A DNA stretch of 56,207 nt from an uncultured virus (IMG/VR IMGVR_UViG_3300044701_002219) (IMGVR_UViG_3300044701_002219), one strand, 5' to 3'; numbered from the stretch's first letter, positions 1 to 10,917 are shown. A program made the numbers and translations. The notes: generated by a model not told the origin, from the letters alone.

Positions 1-2564
1 TCAGCTCCTTGAGACCAGAAGTTTAAGAAAGTAGGGATACCTTGAGCTTGTCTAAGTAATAAAGGAATATCTGCATAGACACCACCTACAATATTTAGAT
101 CTCTTATAAACTGACTATTAGTTGGAAAAGTAGCTGGTATAGCTGTAGCAAGAGATATCAATCCTAACAAAGGACCTAACCCATTTCCTAATACGTTATT
201 TAAAATCTGACCACCACCTGGAAATGCTGCGGCAAGAGCTGCGGCTATCGATCCATTCATCACACTGACTGCAGCATCGCCACCAGCCCAAGTAGCCATG
301 AATGCTGGTTCTAAGTAACCAAATAATCCAGAAGGCGCTGGTCCTAAGAAACCAGAACTTGTAACAGGATTTGCTGAAGGAAATTTATATGTCCATCTTC
401 TTTCTCCATTTATAGATTGTGATGCTAAACCTATACCTACAATTACAGCTGTAAAGAATGCGGTATTAGAAATAAGTTTTGCTCTAGGATGTTTTTCAGA
501 ATACTCAAACTTTCCTACAACAGTACTAGCCATTTCTTCTACAACCTTTAGTTCTTTACCGGATAAGAAAGGTTGGAAGAAGTTAGTATCTGGAGAATGA
601 AAAGTAAATATGTCCCTTCTAAAAGTTCCCATAGGAGTATAGTTACCATTACCCGGCAACGGTACACCTAAGAAAGTATTAGGCTGATCTGTTTGTGTAG
701 TAGATAAAAACGGATCTATTCTAAGATCATTATACGGATAGTTAGGATAAAGACCGGTTCTAGAGTTACCTTCTATTGTATACTCGGCCATGTTAGATAT
801 AAGACCTTTAGCTAAAACAGTTCTATTACCTTGGCGAGATCCTCTAAGTATCTCATAACCAATTATTCCTGGGATAGGTTTACCATCATTATCTACAGGA
901 GGTCTTACGTTTTCAAACTTTACACCCATTATTCTTATAGCAGGAGTATTTGCAAAGTTTGGAGAAGCTCCTATAAAGTGATTAGTCAAACTACTATTTC
1001 CAATAAAACAATCCGGAAACTTATGGTGACGAATCTTTTCCCCGCACAAATCATAATCATCAAGATTTGTTGTTACATACGGAATTGATGGCGTAAGCTG
1101 TCCTGGACAAGTAATAGGTGAAGGTGATAAAGTTGACCAACAATGTGCAGACGCATTCCATATCTCCGGCATTTTATCTGGATATTCTTCTGTGGATTCC
1201 CAGTATCCCATGTAACCTTCTGCTATTTGGAAACCACCATCTCCTGTCGGAATTATAGCATTAGAAGTAATACTAGCTGTATTTTCTACTTGCCACCTAA
1301 AGTTAAAACCTCCGGATACTTCAGAAATTAAAGCATCCGTAACTTGTAAAGCTGTTTCACCAGCAAATGCGGGTCTACCCGGAATATGATAGCTAGGAGT
1401 TTTATCGCCAGTGTCGTATATCCAACGGATAAAGAAAGCGTAAACCTCATCTCTCATGTAACCTACATTGCTTCCTCCATTTTTGTAGTAGTCTTCTGGA
1501 TACTCTGTAGAAATCCACTTTGTAACTATCTGATTAGCTAGAGGTTGATAATTAAAGTCTAACTTAGACGTAGGACCTACGCGAAGAAGATACGTGTTTA
1601 CATTATACATCGCATCAGACTTGTTATAAACTGTGGTCAGTATAGGTACGCTTTCTATAGGAATAGTGTCCCAAGTAGGGCTAATAATATCAAGATTGAT
1701 AATCTTTTGATTAGTAGAATAAACGCCAACGCGTCTAGCTACAGTCTGTAGATTTACAATAGAAACTAAAACTATTTCTATCTCGTCGTAATCTGGGTCT
1801 GTATTTTCTATAAATATGTTTAGAGAAGAAGCTATATTCTGATGCTCAAACAAGGGCTGAACATTAGAAGGAGTAAAGTAATCACTGATTTTCTCTCCAC
1901 CTATGCAGTAAGCAGCTACTATAAAGTAAGAACCGTTAGGAAGAGTCCCGCCGTTAGTTCCTTTTTCTACTCTATAACAAGCAGGCTGTATAAGTCTAGC
2001 TAGTCGAATTTTTTCACAATCTAAACGATTGGTGTCTATACAAGTAATACATCCAACAGGATCGTAATTAGCCGGTCCCGGAAGAACTACTCCGTTCTCA
2101 TCTGTACAGTTTTGTATCCAAGGAACATCGTTGATATCCAGTACTCTAGAAGGATTCTTTCCATCGTCCCAATATATTTTATATGTACAGTCGCTAGTAG
2201 CTCTAGATACGCCTTTGATAAGATTAGCTCTATCAAAACCTAAGCAAGTATCGTTTACAATAGTATCATACTTGCAACCGTCTTCTTTAAACTTTCCTAT
2301 CTCAGAATTTACATCATCAGTAGAAAAGATAACCCACTCATCCGCATCCAAATGTATTGCACCGATTACAGGATAAGGAGCACTTTTACAAAAACGGTTA
2401 GCAGGCTCGTTACCTAGTTTACCTAAGTCACCCGTAGCAGAGTTGTTGATAGCATTTCTAGCCTGGGTCCATTGGTTTTCACCTAAGTGAAAGTCGCTTA
2501 TATCTTCGTTTAGTTCTTTATCGAACCTTCTTAAACCGGAACTTGATGTATTTTGATTAGCCAT
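1..2564 (-). CDS. Tail nozzle/stabilisation (muzzle) protein, partial (runs off window start)
   Basis: Absent from the ORF track because it has no stop in the window. ATG at 2564 overlaps the TAA of the upstream gene. N-terminus MANQNTSSSGLRRFDKELNEDISDFHLGENQWTQARNAINNS..GNEP.N and IYWDDGKNPSRVLDI resemble crAss-like P22-gp10-type stabilisation proteins. Position after ring-protein genes fits. Confidence 0.75.
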   Translation of the reverse strand, partial: MANQNTSSSGLRRFDKELNEDISDFHLGENQWTQARNAINNSATGDLGKLGNEPANRFCKSAPYPVIGAIHLDADEWVIFSTDDVNSEIGKFKEDGCKYDTIVNDTCLGFDRANLIKGVSRATSDCTYKIYWDDGKNPSRVLDINDVPWIQNCTDENGVVLPGPANYDPVGCITCIDTNRLDCEKIRLARLIQPACYRVEKGTNGGTLPNGSYFIVAAYCIGGEKISDYFTPSNVQPLFEHQNIASSLNIFIENTDPDYDEIEIVLVSIVNLQTVARRVGVYSTNQKIINLDIISPTWDTIPIESVPILTTVYNKSDAMYNVNTYLLRVGPTSKLDFNYQPLANQIVTKWISTEYPEDYYKNGGSNVGYMRDEVYAFFIRWIYDTGDKTPSYHIPGRPAFAGETALQVTDALISEVSGGFNFRWQVENTASITSNAIIPTGDGGFQIAEGYMGYWESTEEYPDKMPEIWNASAHCWSTLSPSPITCPGQLTPSIPYVTTNLDDYDLCGEKIRHHKFPDCFIGNSSLTNHFIGASPNFANTPAIRIMGVKFENVRPPVDNDGKPIPGIIGYEILRGSRQGNRTVLAKGLISNMAEYTIEGNSRTGLYPNYPYNDLRIDPFLSTTQTDQPNTFLGVPLPGNGNYTPMGTFRRDIFTFHSPDTNFFQPFLSGKELKVVEEMASTVVGKFEYSEKHPRAKLISNTAFFTAVIVGIGLASQSINGERRWTYKFPSANPVTSSGFLGPAPSGLFGYLEPAFMATWAGGDAAVSVMNGSIAAALAAAFPGGGQILNNVLGNGLGPLLGLISLATAIPATFPTNSQFIRDLNIVGGVYADIPLLLRQAQGIPTFLNFWSQGA

Positions 2565-3625
2565 TATCTTCCTATATTAGGTAACATTGTTGCAAGATTT
2601 CCAGGATACCATTGGTTCCAAGGATAACTCTTAAACATATTATAGTACTTAGCGTATTGCGCTCTACGATTGGTTTCCCATAACTGCTTCATCTCTGACC
2701 AGTTAGGAGTATTTACAATAGACAACGCATAGTTTCTAGCTGCGCGATATCTAGCCTCAACTAACTGTAACTTCTGAGAAGCTTGAGGTTCATCATTCAT
2801 AATAAGATTCTCAAGTATTCTTTGTTTAAGAGCATACTCGTAGTACTCATTAATCATATCGTGATCCGGAACCATAAGATTGCCGTCATCGTCTTCTAGC
2901 ATTCCTTGGTAGTTGATATAGATCTTCCCGCAATCGAATGTTGTATATAAAAAGTTGTCTCTGATCCAAGCTTGTTCTGGAACATCCCAGTAAAGATTAG
3001 GACAGTCGCAGTCTATATTCTGTGGATTGTTTATAATTTTAACAGGTCTAAGTCTTCTATAAGATCTAGCTTCAGACCTTACTATTTGTACCAACTCGTA
3101 AGCTTCATCTTTACAGTTAAAGAATATTCTAGGTTTATTACAGTAGTTACCAAAAGGTTGTTTAGGATCAAAAGATCCGGTACACTCGCCATCTACATTA
3201 CAAGCTGTTTGACAAGTGGTTGGCCCGCAGCTGCAAGCAGATTGTTTGCATGTCTGGCAGTTTACCGTAGGAGCTGTGCACGGATCTATAACCGCAGGAG
3301 TTTCTCTATACGGTGCTATCAAAGGTCTTTCTTCTATCCAAGTACCTTGAGGCATAGCTTGATGTACCGTCATCTCGTCGCAGATCAAAGCAAAGTTTAG
3401 TACATAGAAATCATCTGGTAGTTTTACTCTACCTTTTTCTACTTCTAGCACAGCTTCTTTGGTCATAAAGATTCTTAGGCCAAGATCATAGTTTACACGT
3501 TTAGCAACTTTGATAAGTTGATGCGGTTCGATGTAAGCCTCTAGATTATAGTTTTGGAAATCTACAAGTACCTCATTTAGAAGCTCTTCAAACGTGCGAT
3601 ATTTTAGGGTATAATTGTAACTCAT
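2564..3625 (-). CDS. Tail ring/adaptor (tail tubular) protein with Cys-rich insertion
   Basis: 353 aa. EVEKGRVKLPDDFY and YINYQGMLEDDDGNLMVPD are typical of crAss-like ring proteins. Synteny: IHF-like, ring, ring, nozzle. Confidence 0.65.
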   Translation of the reverse strand: MSYNYTLKYRTFEELLNEVLVDFQNYNLEAYIEPHQLIKVAKRVNYDLGLRIFMTKEAVLEVEKGRVKLPDDFYVLNFALICDEMTVHQAMPQGTWIEERPLIAPYRETPAVIDPCTAPTVNCQTCKQSACSCGPTTCQTACNVDGECTGSFDPKQPFGNYCNKPRIFFNCKDEAYELVQIVRSEARSYRRLRPVKIINNPQNIDCDCPNLYWDVPEQAWIRDNFLYTTFDCGKIYINYQGMLEDDDGNLMVPDHDMINEYYEYALKQRILENLIMNDEPQASQKLQLVEARYRAARNYALSIVNTPNWSEMKQLWETNRRAQYAKYYNMFKSYPWNQWYPGNLATMLPNIGR

Positions 3626-4293
3626 TATCTAAGAATGTTTTGTTGATTATCTGCGCCGTCTGTAGGAATCTGTCCTGCAGTAAGTATTTCTTTTACAGCC
3701 ATCTGTTCTATCTCTGCAAAAAGGTACTCGGGAATTCTTAAAGCTTGATCTTGTATAGGTAAGCATGTAGTCTGATTACACTTAAAATAAGTTATATCCT
3801 CATCCCACAAACCTTCTATTCTTACGGCATCCCATTCTATGTTTGGGAAATATAGATACCCATCTAGATACCAGAAGTATTTAGTTTTGTTGTACTTAAA
3901 GTTCTTAGTGTGGCTCATCGCAGTATAGGTAGCCGGGTATGTTTTAAACATCTCGATTGACCCATCTATAGATGTAACCGATCTAAATAAAGGACCATAG
4001 GTACCTTCCAAAATCTGTGGTATTCTTTCCTTAGTTCTCTTGATTATACACTTAGATTTTATACCAGAACAGCAAGCTTCTACTCGATCTACTTCGGTAA
4101 GATCGACGCAGGGAAGTACATCAAAAAGACTTTGAAAACGCATGATCTTATTCTGATCATCTTGGCGTTTAATCAAAAGCTTAGCGTATTTGAGTACGAT
4201 ACTTGCTATAAAACGATCTGTTAAAAAAGGATCTTCTTTAACAGCTTTGAGTACGTTCCGCACTCTTGATATACTGTCTCCTACTGTTAGCAT
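3625..4293 (-). CDS. Tail ring/adaptor protein
   Basis: 222 aa, YFWYLDGYLYF motif, TAATG-coupled to its neighbour, crAss-like tail synteny. Confidence 0.55.
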   Translation of the reverse strand: MLTVGDSISRVRNVLKAVKEDPFLTDRFIASIVLKYAKLLIKRQDDQNKIMRFQSLFDVLPCVDLTEVDRVEACCSGIKSKCIIKRTKERIPQILEGTYGPLFRSVTSIDGSIEMFKTYPATYTAMSHTKNFKYNKTKYFWYLDGYLYFPNIEWDAVRIEGLWDEDITYFKCNQTTCLPIQDQALRIPEYLFAEIEQMAVKEILTAGQIPTDGADNQQNILR

Positions 4294-4294
4294 A

Positions 4295-4882
4295 TTAGTC
4301 TAGTTCAAATTCGTTATAGTTGTCTGTAGCAGTATTAATAGTCTGTAACTTCTTCATATAGTTTACTTTGTACTGTTTCAAAAATATCTTAGATATTTTT
4401 TCAAAGTCTTCTATTACTCTATACTTAGGCCAGTCTACTCTATATGCTTTAGAGGTTGCGCTTGTAAAAGGTCTTACGCCTTTAAACTTCCAAAAGTTTC
4501 GATATTTAAAACGAAAACGGTTATGATGATTACTATAGAAGATCTTAGCTAGATATCCATCGGACGCTAGGTTTCTATTTATAACCTTTACTCCTAAGTT
4601 AATAGTAGTGTTTACATCTACATTTTCTCTTTTTACAGGAGTCTTACAGGATCCTATAAAAATATTACCCAAACCATCAGGAAGCTCCACACCATCTCTA
4701 TTATCGATAACTCCTTGCCAGAGCATGCCATTAAAAGTTTTTACTACTTTTTTAAAAAGCTCTAGGTCACAGTCTTTTTCTTCCGGATGCTTATCTAAAA
4801 ATAATTGATAAGTATCTTGGTTTAAGAGTCTTGCACAAGACTGTCTATAACGAGGAGCTTTTCTATCTGGTTGCTTAAACAT
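4295..4882 (-). CDS. HU/IHF-like DNA-binding protein
   Basis: FKKVVKTFNGMLWQGVIDNRDGVELPDGLGNIFI matches the HU/IHF helix-beta pattern. crAss-like phages carry an IHF-like gene beside the tail ring genes. Confidence 0.55.
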   Translation of the reverse strand: MFKQPDRKAPRYRQSCARLLNQDTYQLFLDKHPEEKDCDLELFKKVVKTFNGMLWQGVIDNRDGVELPDGLGNIFIGSCKTPVKRENVDVNTTINLGVKVINRNLASDGYLAKIFYSNHHNRFRFKYRNFWKFKGVRPFTSATSKAYRVDWPKYRVIEDFEKISKIFLKQYKVNYMKKLQTINTATDNYNEFELD

Positions 4883-4889
4883 AGGATTA

Positions 4890-4898
4890 TATAATATA
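4890..4898 (-). promoter_or_regulatory. Putative late promoter motif TATATTATA
   Basis: One of six intergenic copies, each upstream of a minus-strand operon start. Confidence 0.5.
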
Positions 4899-4951
4899 CG
4901 ATTTTTTTCTGAGCTTTAAAAATAAACATTACAGAGATATATAACAAATAC

Positions 4952-4979
4952 AAAAGCCCCAGATTTCTCTGAGGCATTT
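4952..4979 (-). terminator. Probable intrinsic terminator
   Basis: Imperfect GCCCCAGA/TCTGAGGC stem with an A-tract on + (U-tract on -), downstream of the 5019-5684 gene. Confidence 0.4.
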
Positions 4980-5018
4980 GCTGTCAGTCACAGCCAACCA
5001 ACTTTAACTATGACAATA

Positions 5019-5684
5019 TTATGGACAAGTAGTAGATAGGATAACAAATGTTCCCGCATTTCCTACTGAAGTATATGATGATGGTTTAGCGCAGAATGTA
5101 ACGCTAGCACCTGCAGCTACTGTTTGAGTGTTTAGTTGTATAAGAGTACAATCTATATATTGAATGTCGATAGGTGCTCCTGTGGTATTTGTATATCTTA
5201 TTTCGTTACAGTCGTAGCAACAAACTGTTCCGTTAAGAGTCTGAGTATATGTTCCGGGCACTCCTCCAGGAACACCGGCTAGACCACCGGTATAACATAT
5301 CGTAACTGTTTGACCAAGAACTGTGTTATCTTGTGTGCCATACGGATTACCATCACAGTTTGTTCCAGCATTAAAAGCGTCGCAGTTAGCAGCCGTACAC
5401 TCAAAAGTAACAGCCTGACATGGTTCTGTAGGAGTAAAGGTTACTGAAAATGCTATTTCACCAATACCTTCCGGACTACATGCTGCTCTTACATAACCTT
5501 CATAAGTAACTGCGTTACAAGAATCGTTAGTTAAACCCGGAATAGGAATAACTGCTGTACAAGGTCCTACACCTCCGCATGTAATTGGAACACAGGTGTA
5601 ACTAACATCCGTACTTAATTTGTAACAAATGATGTGAGCTCCTGTAGAATAGTTACTATTAAAGTTTATAGTTAAAGTAGACAT
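5019..5684 (-). CDS. Cys-rich beta-rich structural (fibre/decoration) protein
   Basis: 221 aa, Thr/Gly/Cys-rich. C-terminal IQYIDC..TFCA repeat is shared with 7810-10143. Confidence 0.5.
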   Translation of the reverse strand: MSTLTINFNSNYSTGAHIICYKLSTDVSYTCVPITCGGVGPCTAVIPIPGLTNDSCNAVTYEGYVRAACSPEGIGEIAFSVTFTPTEPCQAVTFECTAANCDAFNAGTNCDGNPYGTQDNTVLGQTVTICYTGGLAGVPGGVPGTYTQTLNGTVCCYDCNEIRYTNTTGAPIDIQYIDCTLIQLNTQTVAAGASVTFCAKPSSYTSVGNAGTFVILSTTCP

Positions 5685-5687
5685 ATG

Positions 5688-6245
5688 TTAAACTTGTTTG
5701 GTTGTTAAGATTAGAGATACTGAAGTACAGCCGGTATTATCATCAATATCATAAGGTATGATATTTAGATAATAGCTAGTATTAGGTGTTAATCCTGTTA
5801 CTGTAAAATTAGGTGTAGTATTAGCTGTAACTGTTCCAACCACATTAAAAAGTCCTGTACTTACTGGTGCAACTTGTACTTCATAGTAACTTGCTCCTGT
5901 AAGAGCCGCCCAGCTAAAGTTAATAGTTGTAGTTGTTATAGCACCAGACTTAAGACCGTAAGGAATAGGAAGTCCTGTATCATCACCACAATTGTAGTAA
6001 ACAAAAAATCTTTGCATAATATCACAAAGCCTATCTCCTTGATTTATTACAAAAGGAGCTCCTTGTTTATTAAGACCAGCTGTAGAAAAAGAATCTCCAT
6101 TATGTATTACGCAACAGTCGCTCCAAGTCTCAGCACAAGGCTCCGGGTTAGGACATAAAGTAGTCCCGCAAGGAGATCCTGTAGTCAAAGCTTGATCTTC
6201 GCACCCGCATGGGGATTTTGTACATTTGCAAGTAGGACAGCTCAT
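5688..6245 (-). CDS. Cys-rich protein with C-terminal FN3-like domain
   Basis: N-terminal Cys cluster. ITTTTINFSW..YEVQV..FTVTGLTPNTSYYL is an FN3 signature. Confidence 0.6.
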   Translation of the reverse strand: MSCPTCKCTKSPCGCEDQALTTGSPCGTTLCPNPEPCAETWSDCCVIHNGDSFSTAGLNKQGAPFVINQGDRLCDIMQRFFVYYNCGDDTGLPIPYGLKSGAITTTTINFSWAALTGASYYEVQVAPVSTGLFNVVGTVTANTTPNFTVTGLTPNTSYYLNIIPYDIDDNTGCTSVSLILTTKQV

Positions 6246-6246
6246 A

Positions 6247-7755
6247 TTATATTGTTATTGAAGGTGTTACACTATCAGGAGGTAAACAGTTTGCAGGAGA
6301 TGTAATTACTACCGCAAAAGGACAGTTGGTAGTAGCTCCGCTAGCTGTTTGAATCACAACCCTAAGTTTATATGTTGTTGAAGGACTTAAGCTACCAAAC
6401 GATCCTGTCCAGTTATACGCTGGAGGTACTGTAGTAATTACTGAAGTACTATTTACAAGAGTAGATAAGGTAGTATCCCAAAGTTCTAATGTATATGTTG
6501 TAGTTGTACCAGGAACCGTTATAGTAGTACTAAAGTCTATAGTAGTATCAGTATTAGTATAAACCATTGTAGGACATAAGCCACTGTTTGTGACATTCTC
6601 TACTAGAGTATATTCACAATGTGCTCCGGTAGAACCATTTTCTAGACATGGACTAACTGTTACAGTAAGATTGGTATTTACATCTAAGCTAGAAGAAGCA
6701 AGGTCTATTGTGTATCCTAATGGTGCATTTAGATAAGTTATGATGTTCATATATACAATAGTATAGTTACCATAAGCATCCTGAATCTTAACCGGAGTTA
6801 AGTATGAAGGAGGACACATTCCAAATCCGGCAGGTATGGTACCGTTTACAAATACTGTAAGATCTGTACCGTCTAACTCTACGCTCATAGATAAAACAAT
6901 ACCGTCACAACCAGAAGGACAACAATTAGTTTGGATATTAAGAACCGCAGCTCTAAGATCGCAAATAGTTATCCATAAGTTATTTATAGAATCAGCTAAA
7001 GTACCAACAGGTTCTATCCATCCAGGAAGACTTCCCATTGTTACACTAGAATTATTAAGAGTAGGAGTAGTAGAGGCTACGCAAGGATTAGAAATCGAAA
7101 GTAATATCTCAGGACCTGTTCCTGTTGCAGAAATCAGTAAACAGAACTGCTGTTCTAAAGCAGCTAAAACTATATTGATGTCTGTAGGTACACCTGGCAA
7201 AACACAAGTAGGTATAATCTGAGGAATAGTAAAAGTTGGAGCTGGAGCGTTTTCTAACGCTGTAACTCTAATATCTAAGTTGTTGATCTGTAACTTGATA
7301 ATCTCAATCTCATCTATGATATTACAAACTCTGTTACCAATTGCGGTAACATAATCTGTAAGTTGCATAGTTGTAACTAAATCACCTAGCTCGTTATAAT
7401 ACTGGAAGTTCTTACATATATCTACGATACAATCAGGACAACCTTCTCTAGTTGTACCGTTGTTTGTATTTTGCTGACAGCATGTGTTAAGAGCACATAC
7501 TTTATCGATAAGAAGCTGTATAAGCTGTTGAAAAGTCTGAGGCCCGCAACCCGAAAGATTTAAACAAGTAAGGTCGTAGTTAGTAACCTTTAACTCATCC
7601 ATTATAGTACAAAGTTCTGTAGCTAGTTTTGCTACTACAGCACTTACTGTATCGCCTTTACAAAGTTTTATACACTCGATATCCGGACCCTGCCAGATAA
7701 CGCAGTTGCTTGATATTGGAGTACAGCCTGTTTCGGCGGCGTTTAGTGGCTTCAT
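6247..7755 (-). CDS. Cys-rich coiled-coil tail fibre-like protein with C-terminal FN3-like domain
   Basis: 502 aa. CTPISSNCVIWQGPDI N-terminus, heptad segment IKLQINNLDIRVTALEN, FGSLSPSTTYKLRV FN3-like end. Confidence 0.55.
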   Translation of the reverse strand: MKPLNAAETGCTPISSNCVIWQGPDIECIKLCKGDTVSAVVAKLATELCTIMDELKVTNYDLTCLNLSGCGPQTFQQLIQLLIDKVCALNTCCQQNTNNGTTREGCPDCIVDICKNFQYYNELGDLVTTMQLTDYVTAIGNRVCNIIDEIEIIKLQINNLDIRVTALENAPAPTFTIPQIIPTCVLPGVPTDINIVLAALEQQFCLLISATGTGPEILLSISNPCVASTTPTLNNSSVTMGSLPGWIEPVGTLADSINNLWITICDLRAAVLNIQTNCCPSGCDGIVLSMSVELDGTDLTVFVNGTIPAGFGMCPPSYLTPVKIQDAYGNYTIVYMNIITYLNAPLGYTIDLASSSLDVNTNLTVTVSPCLENGSTGAHCEYTLVENVTNSGLCPTMVYTNTDTTIDFSTTITVPGTTTTYTLELWDTTLSTLVNSTSVITTVPPAYNWTGSFGSLSPSTTYKLRVVIQTASGATTNCPFAVVITSPANCLPPDSVTPSITI

Positions 7756-7771
7756 TCTTAACTATTTATAT

Positions 7772-7780
7772 TATAATATA
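7772..7780 (-). promoter_or_regulatory. Putative late promoter motif TATATTATA
   Basis: Intergenic copy upstream of the 7755 start. Confidence 0.5.
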
Positions 7781-7809
7781 CTCATTTTTTAAAACTTATA
7801 CAAATCTTT

Positions 7810-10143
7810 TTATTCTCCACAGGATCCGTTATTACACTCTAGAAGAGTATTATATACATCCGCATTATTTGTTGTAACACTACCTTCTTTTGCACAAATA
7901 AAGACAGGAACTGTTAAAATCTGAACTGTTTGCTCATTATTGCAGTTTATATAAGAAATACTACTCTGACCTTCTGGAGTTATAATAGGCTCTACCTCAT
8001 AACACGTGCAAGGTGCGCAACTAAGATTAGTTGTACAACCTTCTGATATTAAAGTTACTGTGGAAGTTTCTGGATTATTTAGAACTATAGAACCTATTTG
8101 AGCACAAATAGGAGCTTTACCTAAACTTACTACTTCAACATCTGTAACTATTGTTCCATTACATTCTATATAACTTGCTCTATCTCCTCTCTGAGAACTT
8201 TCAAACTGGTAACAAGCACACTCTATGACAATAGGTAAGCAATCTGTATTACTAGTACAAGCTGTTCCAGAATCTGTAATATTATAAACTACACCATCTA
8301 CTGGACATTTTATTCTAGGATAAATCTGAGAACAAAGATATTCAGTAACACCTGGCTGAATAGTAATGGTATGTAAGCATCCATCACAAGATATATAAGT
8401 ATAATCTGCCGCAAAAGTTATTTGCTCTATTGTGTAGCAAGTACATACTTTAGTAGGAGTTACAAAGTTAGGATCATATATAGCTTTTAGATCTAATATT
8501 CTTTTCTTTAAATCCCACTTATCAATATCGTGATCGCAGCAGATATTTATACCATATCTAGCAATAGCCATCTCTTCAAAAGCCTGCTCGCCAAATGTGC
8601 AGTCTACTTTTTCAGTATATTCTGGAGGACAACCAGGAGTATCATAACCAGGTTTTACACTTCTAGTCTTTAAACCAGTAGGTATAACAGGAGGATTACA
8701 CTCTTCGCATGTAATAAAACAAGCTCCTTCTAGTATAGTGTAACCTCTTGGTAAATCCTGACCATTTGTACAAGGACCTAATTCGTTTACTTTTACACAA
8801 TAACATGTGTTAGTTACAGAATCGCACACTTTTATAATCTGACCTACAGAACCAGATAGGTCTATGTAGTTTCCTCCGATGACTATAAATTGCTCATTTG
8901 TATCACAATATACTAGCTCGTAGCACATTGGAGGATTACAAAATATACAGTTTTGATATTCTAAAATAGTATGTTGACCAGTTATAATAACCGCTCCTTC
9001 ACAAGATTCTGCTTCAGAAACTTGCCAGCAAGTAGTACCATATAGATCTGTTACCTGAATAACAGAACCTACGAAGTTTCCTAGTATATCCCACTTTAGT
9101 ATTTTAGGTTCTTGTACTCCCGCACAATCGCTAAGAACGTAACATATTGGAGGAAAATATAATGTCCAAACTGCATAAAAAACATAGTTATTAGTAGGAG
9201 GAGAAAGACTTACAGTATTAGATACAGCTGCATTATTAGTATTATACATGTACTTAAAGCCTCCGTAGAAACCGTTTTGTAAAGTATAAAAATGTCCTGC
9301 AGCATAATTGTTAGTAATAGTTGGAAACAAAGGACTAACTATAGTCCAGGTTAAACCGCCATCTGTACTTTTTAGTATCTGACTGCTTCTACCAAAAGCC
9401 CATAGATTAGAATCATCTACCCAAGTAAGGTGAGTACCTTGGCTATTCAAAGTACTAGCTATACTAAAAGTTAAACCAGCATCTGTAGATAAGTATACTC
9501 CATCTTTACAAGTAAGAACTATAGTTTGCTCATCTGCTGATATATGAATACCATTAATCTCGTTGTTAGTAAGAGGATCATAAAATACAGGATTACCGCC
9601 ATTTAAAGCGGTCCATGTAGCACCGGCATCTGTAGTTTTATATACATGAGTTTCGGTACCTACTACTCCTATTTGATCAGATATAAAGTGTAAACTATAA
9701 GCATCTTGTATTTGCGGATTGCAAGCAGGACATGATGCTGCTGCAGGAATCTGAGTAGATAGATTAAAATTCGAACCTCCATCAGTACTCTTAGCTATAT
9801 AACCTTGTCTTCCTGCAACATAAATAGTAGAAGAATCTATAACTTGAACTTCATACCATTTAGCTCTATTGTTTATATCTAAGTTAGCCTGATATGCACC
9901 ACCAGGTACGGTCCAGTTAGTACCAGCATCAGATGAAACGTATATACCATAACTAGAAAAAGCTAAAGCTCCTTCACCTACAACAAAAACTTTATCACTG
10001 TCGGCAGGATCTGTTTCAACATCGTATAAAATACCAGATGTTAAAGTACTAGTAATAGATACATCGTTCCAGCTGCCTGTAAGATTATCTAATCTTACTA
10101 TTGCTCCAAGATCCCCTACAGCATATGTTTTTGTGATAGGCAT
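7810..10143 (-). CDS. BNR/Asp-box beta-propeller protein with Cys-rich C-terminal repeats (probable receptor-binding/structural)
   Basis: Asp-boxes SSDAGTNW, STDGGSNF, TTDAGATW, STDAGLTF, STDGGLTW. C-terminal repeats CxCY..Y(I)xC(D/N)(G/N). Confidence 0.7.
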   Translation of the reverse strand: MPITKTYAVGDLGAIVRLDNLTGSWNDVSITSTLTSGILYDVETDPADSDKVFVVGEGALAFSSYGIYVSSDAGTNWTVPGGAYQANLDINNRAKWYEVQVIDSSTIYVAGRQGYIAKSTDGGSNFNLSTQIPAAASCPACNPQIQDAYSLHFISDQIGVVGTETHVYKTTDAGATWTALNGGNPVFYDPLTNNEINGIHISADEQTIVLTCKDGVYLSTDAGLTFSIASTLNSQGTHLTWVDDSNLWAFGRSSQILKSTDGGLTWTIVSPLFPTITNNYAAGHFYTLQNGFYGGFKYMYNTNNAAVSNTVSLSPPTNNYVFYAVWTLYFPPICYVLSDCAGVQEPKILKWDILGNFVGSVIQVTDLYGTTCWQVSEAESCEGAVIITGQHTILEYQNCIFCNPPMCYELVYCDTNEQFIVIGGNYIDLSGSVGQIIKVCDSVTNTCYCVKVNELGPCTNGQDLPRGYTILEGACFITCEECNPPVIPTGLKTRSVKPGYDTPGCPPEYTEKVDCTFGEQAFEEMAIARYGINICCDHDIDKWDLKKRILDLKAIYDPNFVTPTKVCTCYTIEQITFAADYTYISCDGCLHTITIQPGVTEYLCSQIYPRIKCPVDGVVYNITDSGTACTSNTDCLPIVIECACYQFESSQRGDRASYIECNGTIVTDVEVVSLGKAPICAQIGSIVLNNPETSTVTLISEGCTTNLSCAPCTCYEVEPIITPEGQSSISYINCNNEQTVQILTVPVFICAKEGSVTTNNADVYNTLLECNNGSCGE

Positions 10144-10343
10144 TATTTAGTAATGGTTATAGATTTTATATTAGGATCGGTACCCGGATTAAGTTTACCC
10201 TGTATAGTAGTAGACTTAACGGTATTACCAGATTTAGCTTCGTAGCTATTTAAACAGCTTGTGCAAACGGAAGTACCGTCTTTAGCTACTCTTTTTTGAC
10301 ATCCACAAGATAGTTTGCTTTTACAGTTAGGACAGATGCTCAT
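10143..10343 (-). CDS. Small Cys-rich (metal-binding) protein
   Basis: CPNC..CGC..CTSC, TAATG-coupled. Confidence 0.55.
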   Translation of the reverse strand: MSICPNCKSKLSCGCQKRVAKDGTSVCTSCLNSYEAKSGNTVKSTTIQGKLNPGTDPNIKSITITK

Positions 10344-10365
10344 ATTGGTTGTTTTTGTTGGTTAC

Positions 10366-10917
10366 TTAGCATGTTTTGCAATCCATCTTGTTAAGAAGCT
10401 TTACAGCATAGTTAAATAAGTCCATACCTTTAGAAGGCTGGTGGCAGTACTCAACTTTAGCTTTTGCAGCATCAAGATACATCTTGATTAGTCTTAACTG
10501 ATTTAATTTTTCTTTTACAGTAGCCGGAGGATCGCAAGCGGCTAGATCTAAATCACAAAGAAGATTGTAATAGTTAGTTAGAGCTTTTGTCATCCGTAGA
10601 TGATTATACTCTACATAAACTACTTCGTTAGGAGATACACTATATTTGATTACGTAAATACCATCTGGTAGATCCGCATATGTTGTTCCACATTGACTCA
10701 GCTGTACTTCTAAATCGCAAGCTGTAAGATTTACTATAAATCCTGGTTGGATATAGTTTTGATCAAAGTTTACCGGACGATCAAATCCGGGAAGAGTAAC
10801 TTGTAACAAAGGACATGTTACTGCTATTTGGGTATTGTAAACACTCGTGTCTACAATTCGCAATATACTCTTGTTAAGAGTATCTGGTGCTTCAAGACTT
10901 AATACGTGATTTGCCAT
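10366..10917 (-). CDS. Virion structural protein (crAss-like ring/tail-hub family, tentative)
   Basis: LRIVDTSVY and LPDGIYVIKYSVSPN motifs, position in the structural operon. Confidence 0.45.
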   Translation of the reverse strand: MANHVLSLEAPDTLNKSILRIVDTSVYNTQIAVTCPLLQVTLPGFDRPVNFDQNYIQPGFIVNLTACDLEVQLSQCGTTYADLPDGIYVIKYSVSPNEVVYVEYNHLRMTKALTNYYNLLCDLDLAACDPPATVKEKLNQLRLIKMYLDAAKAKVEYCHQPSKGMDLFNYAVKLLNKMDCKTC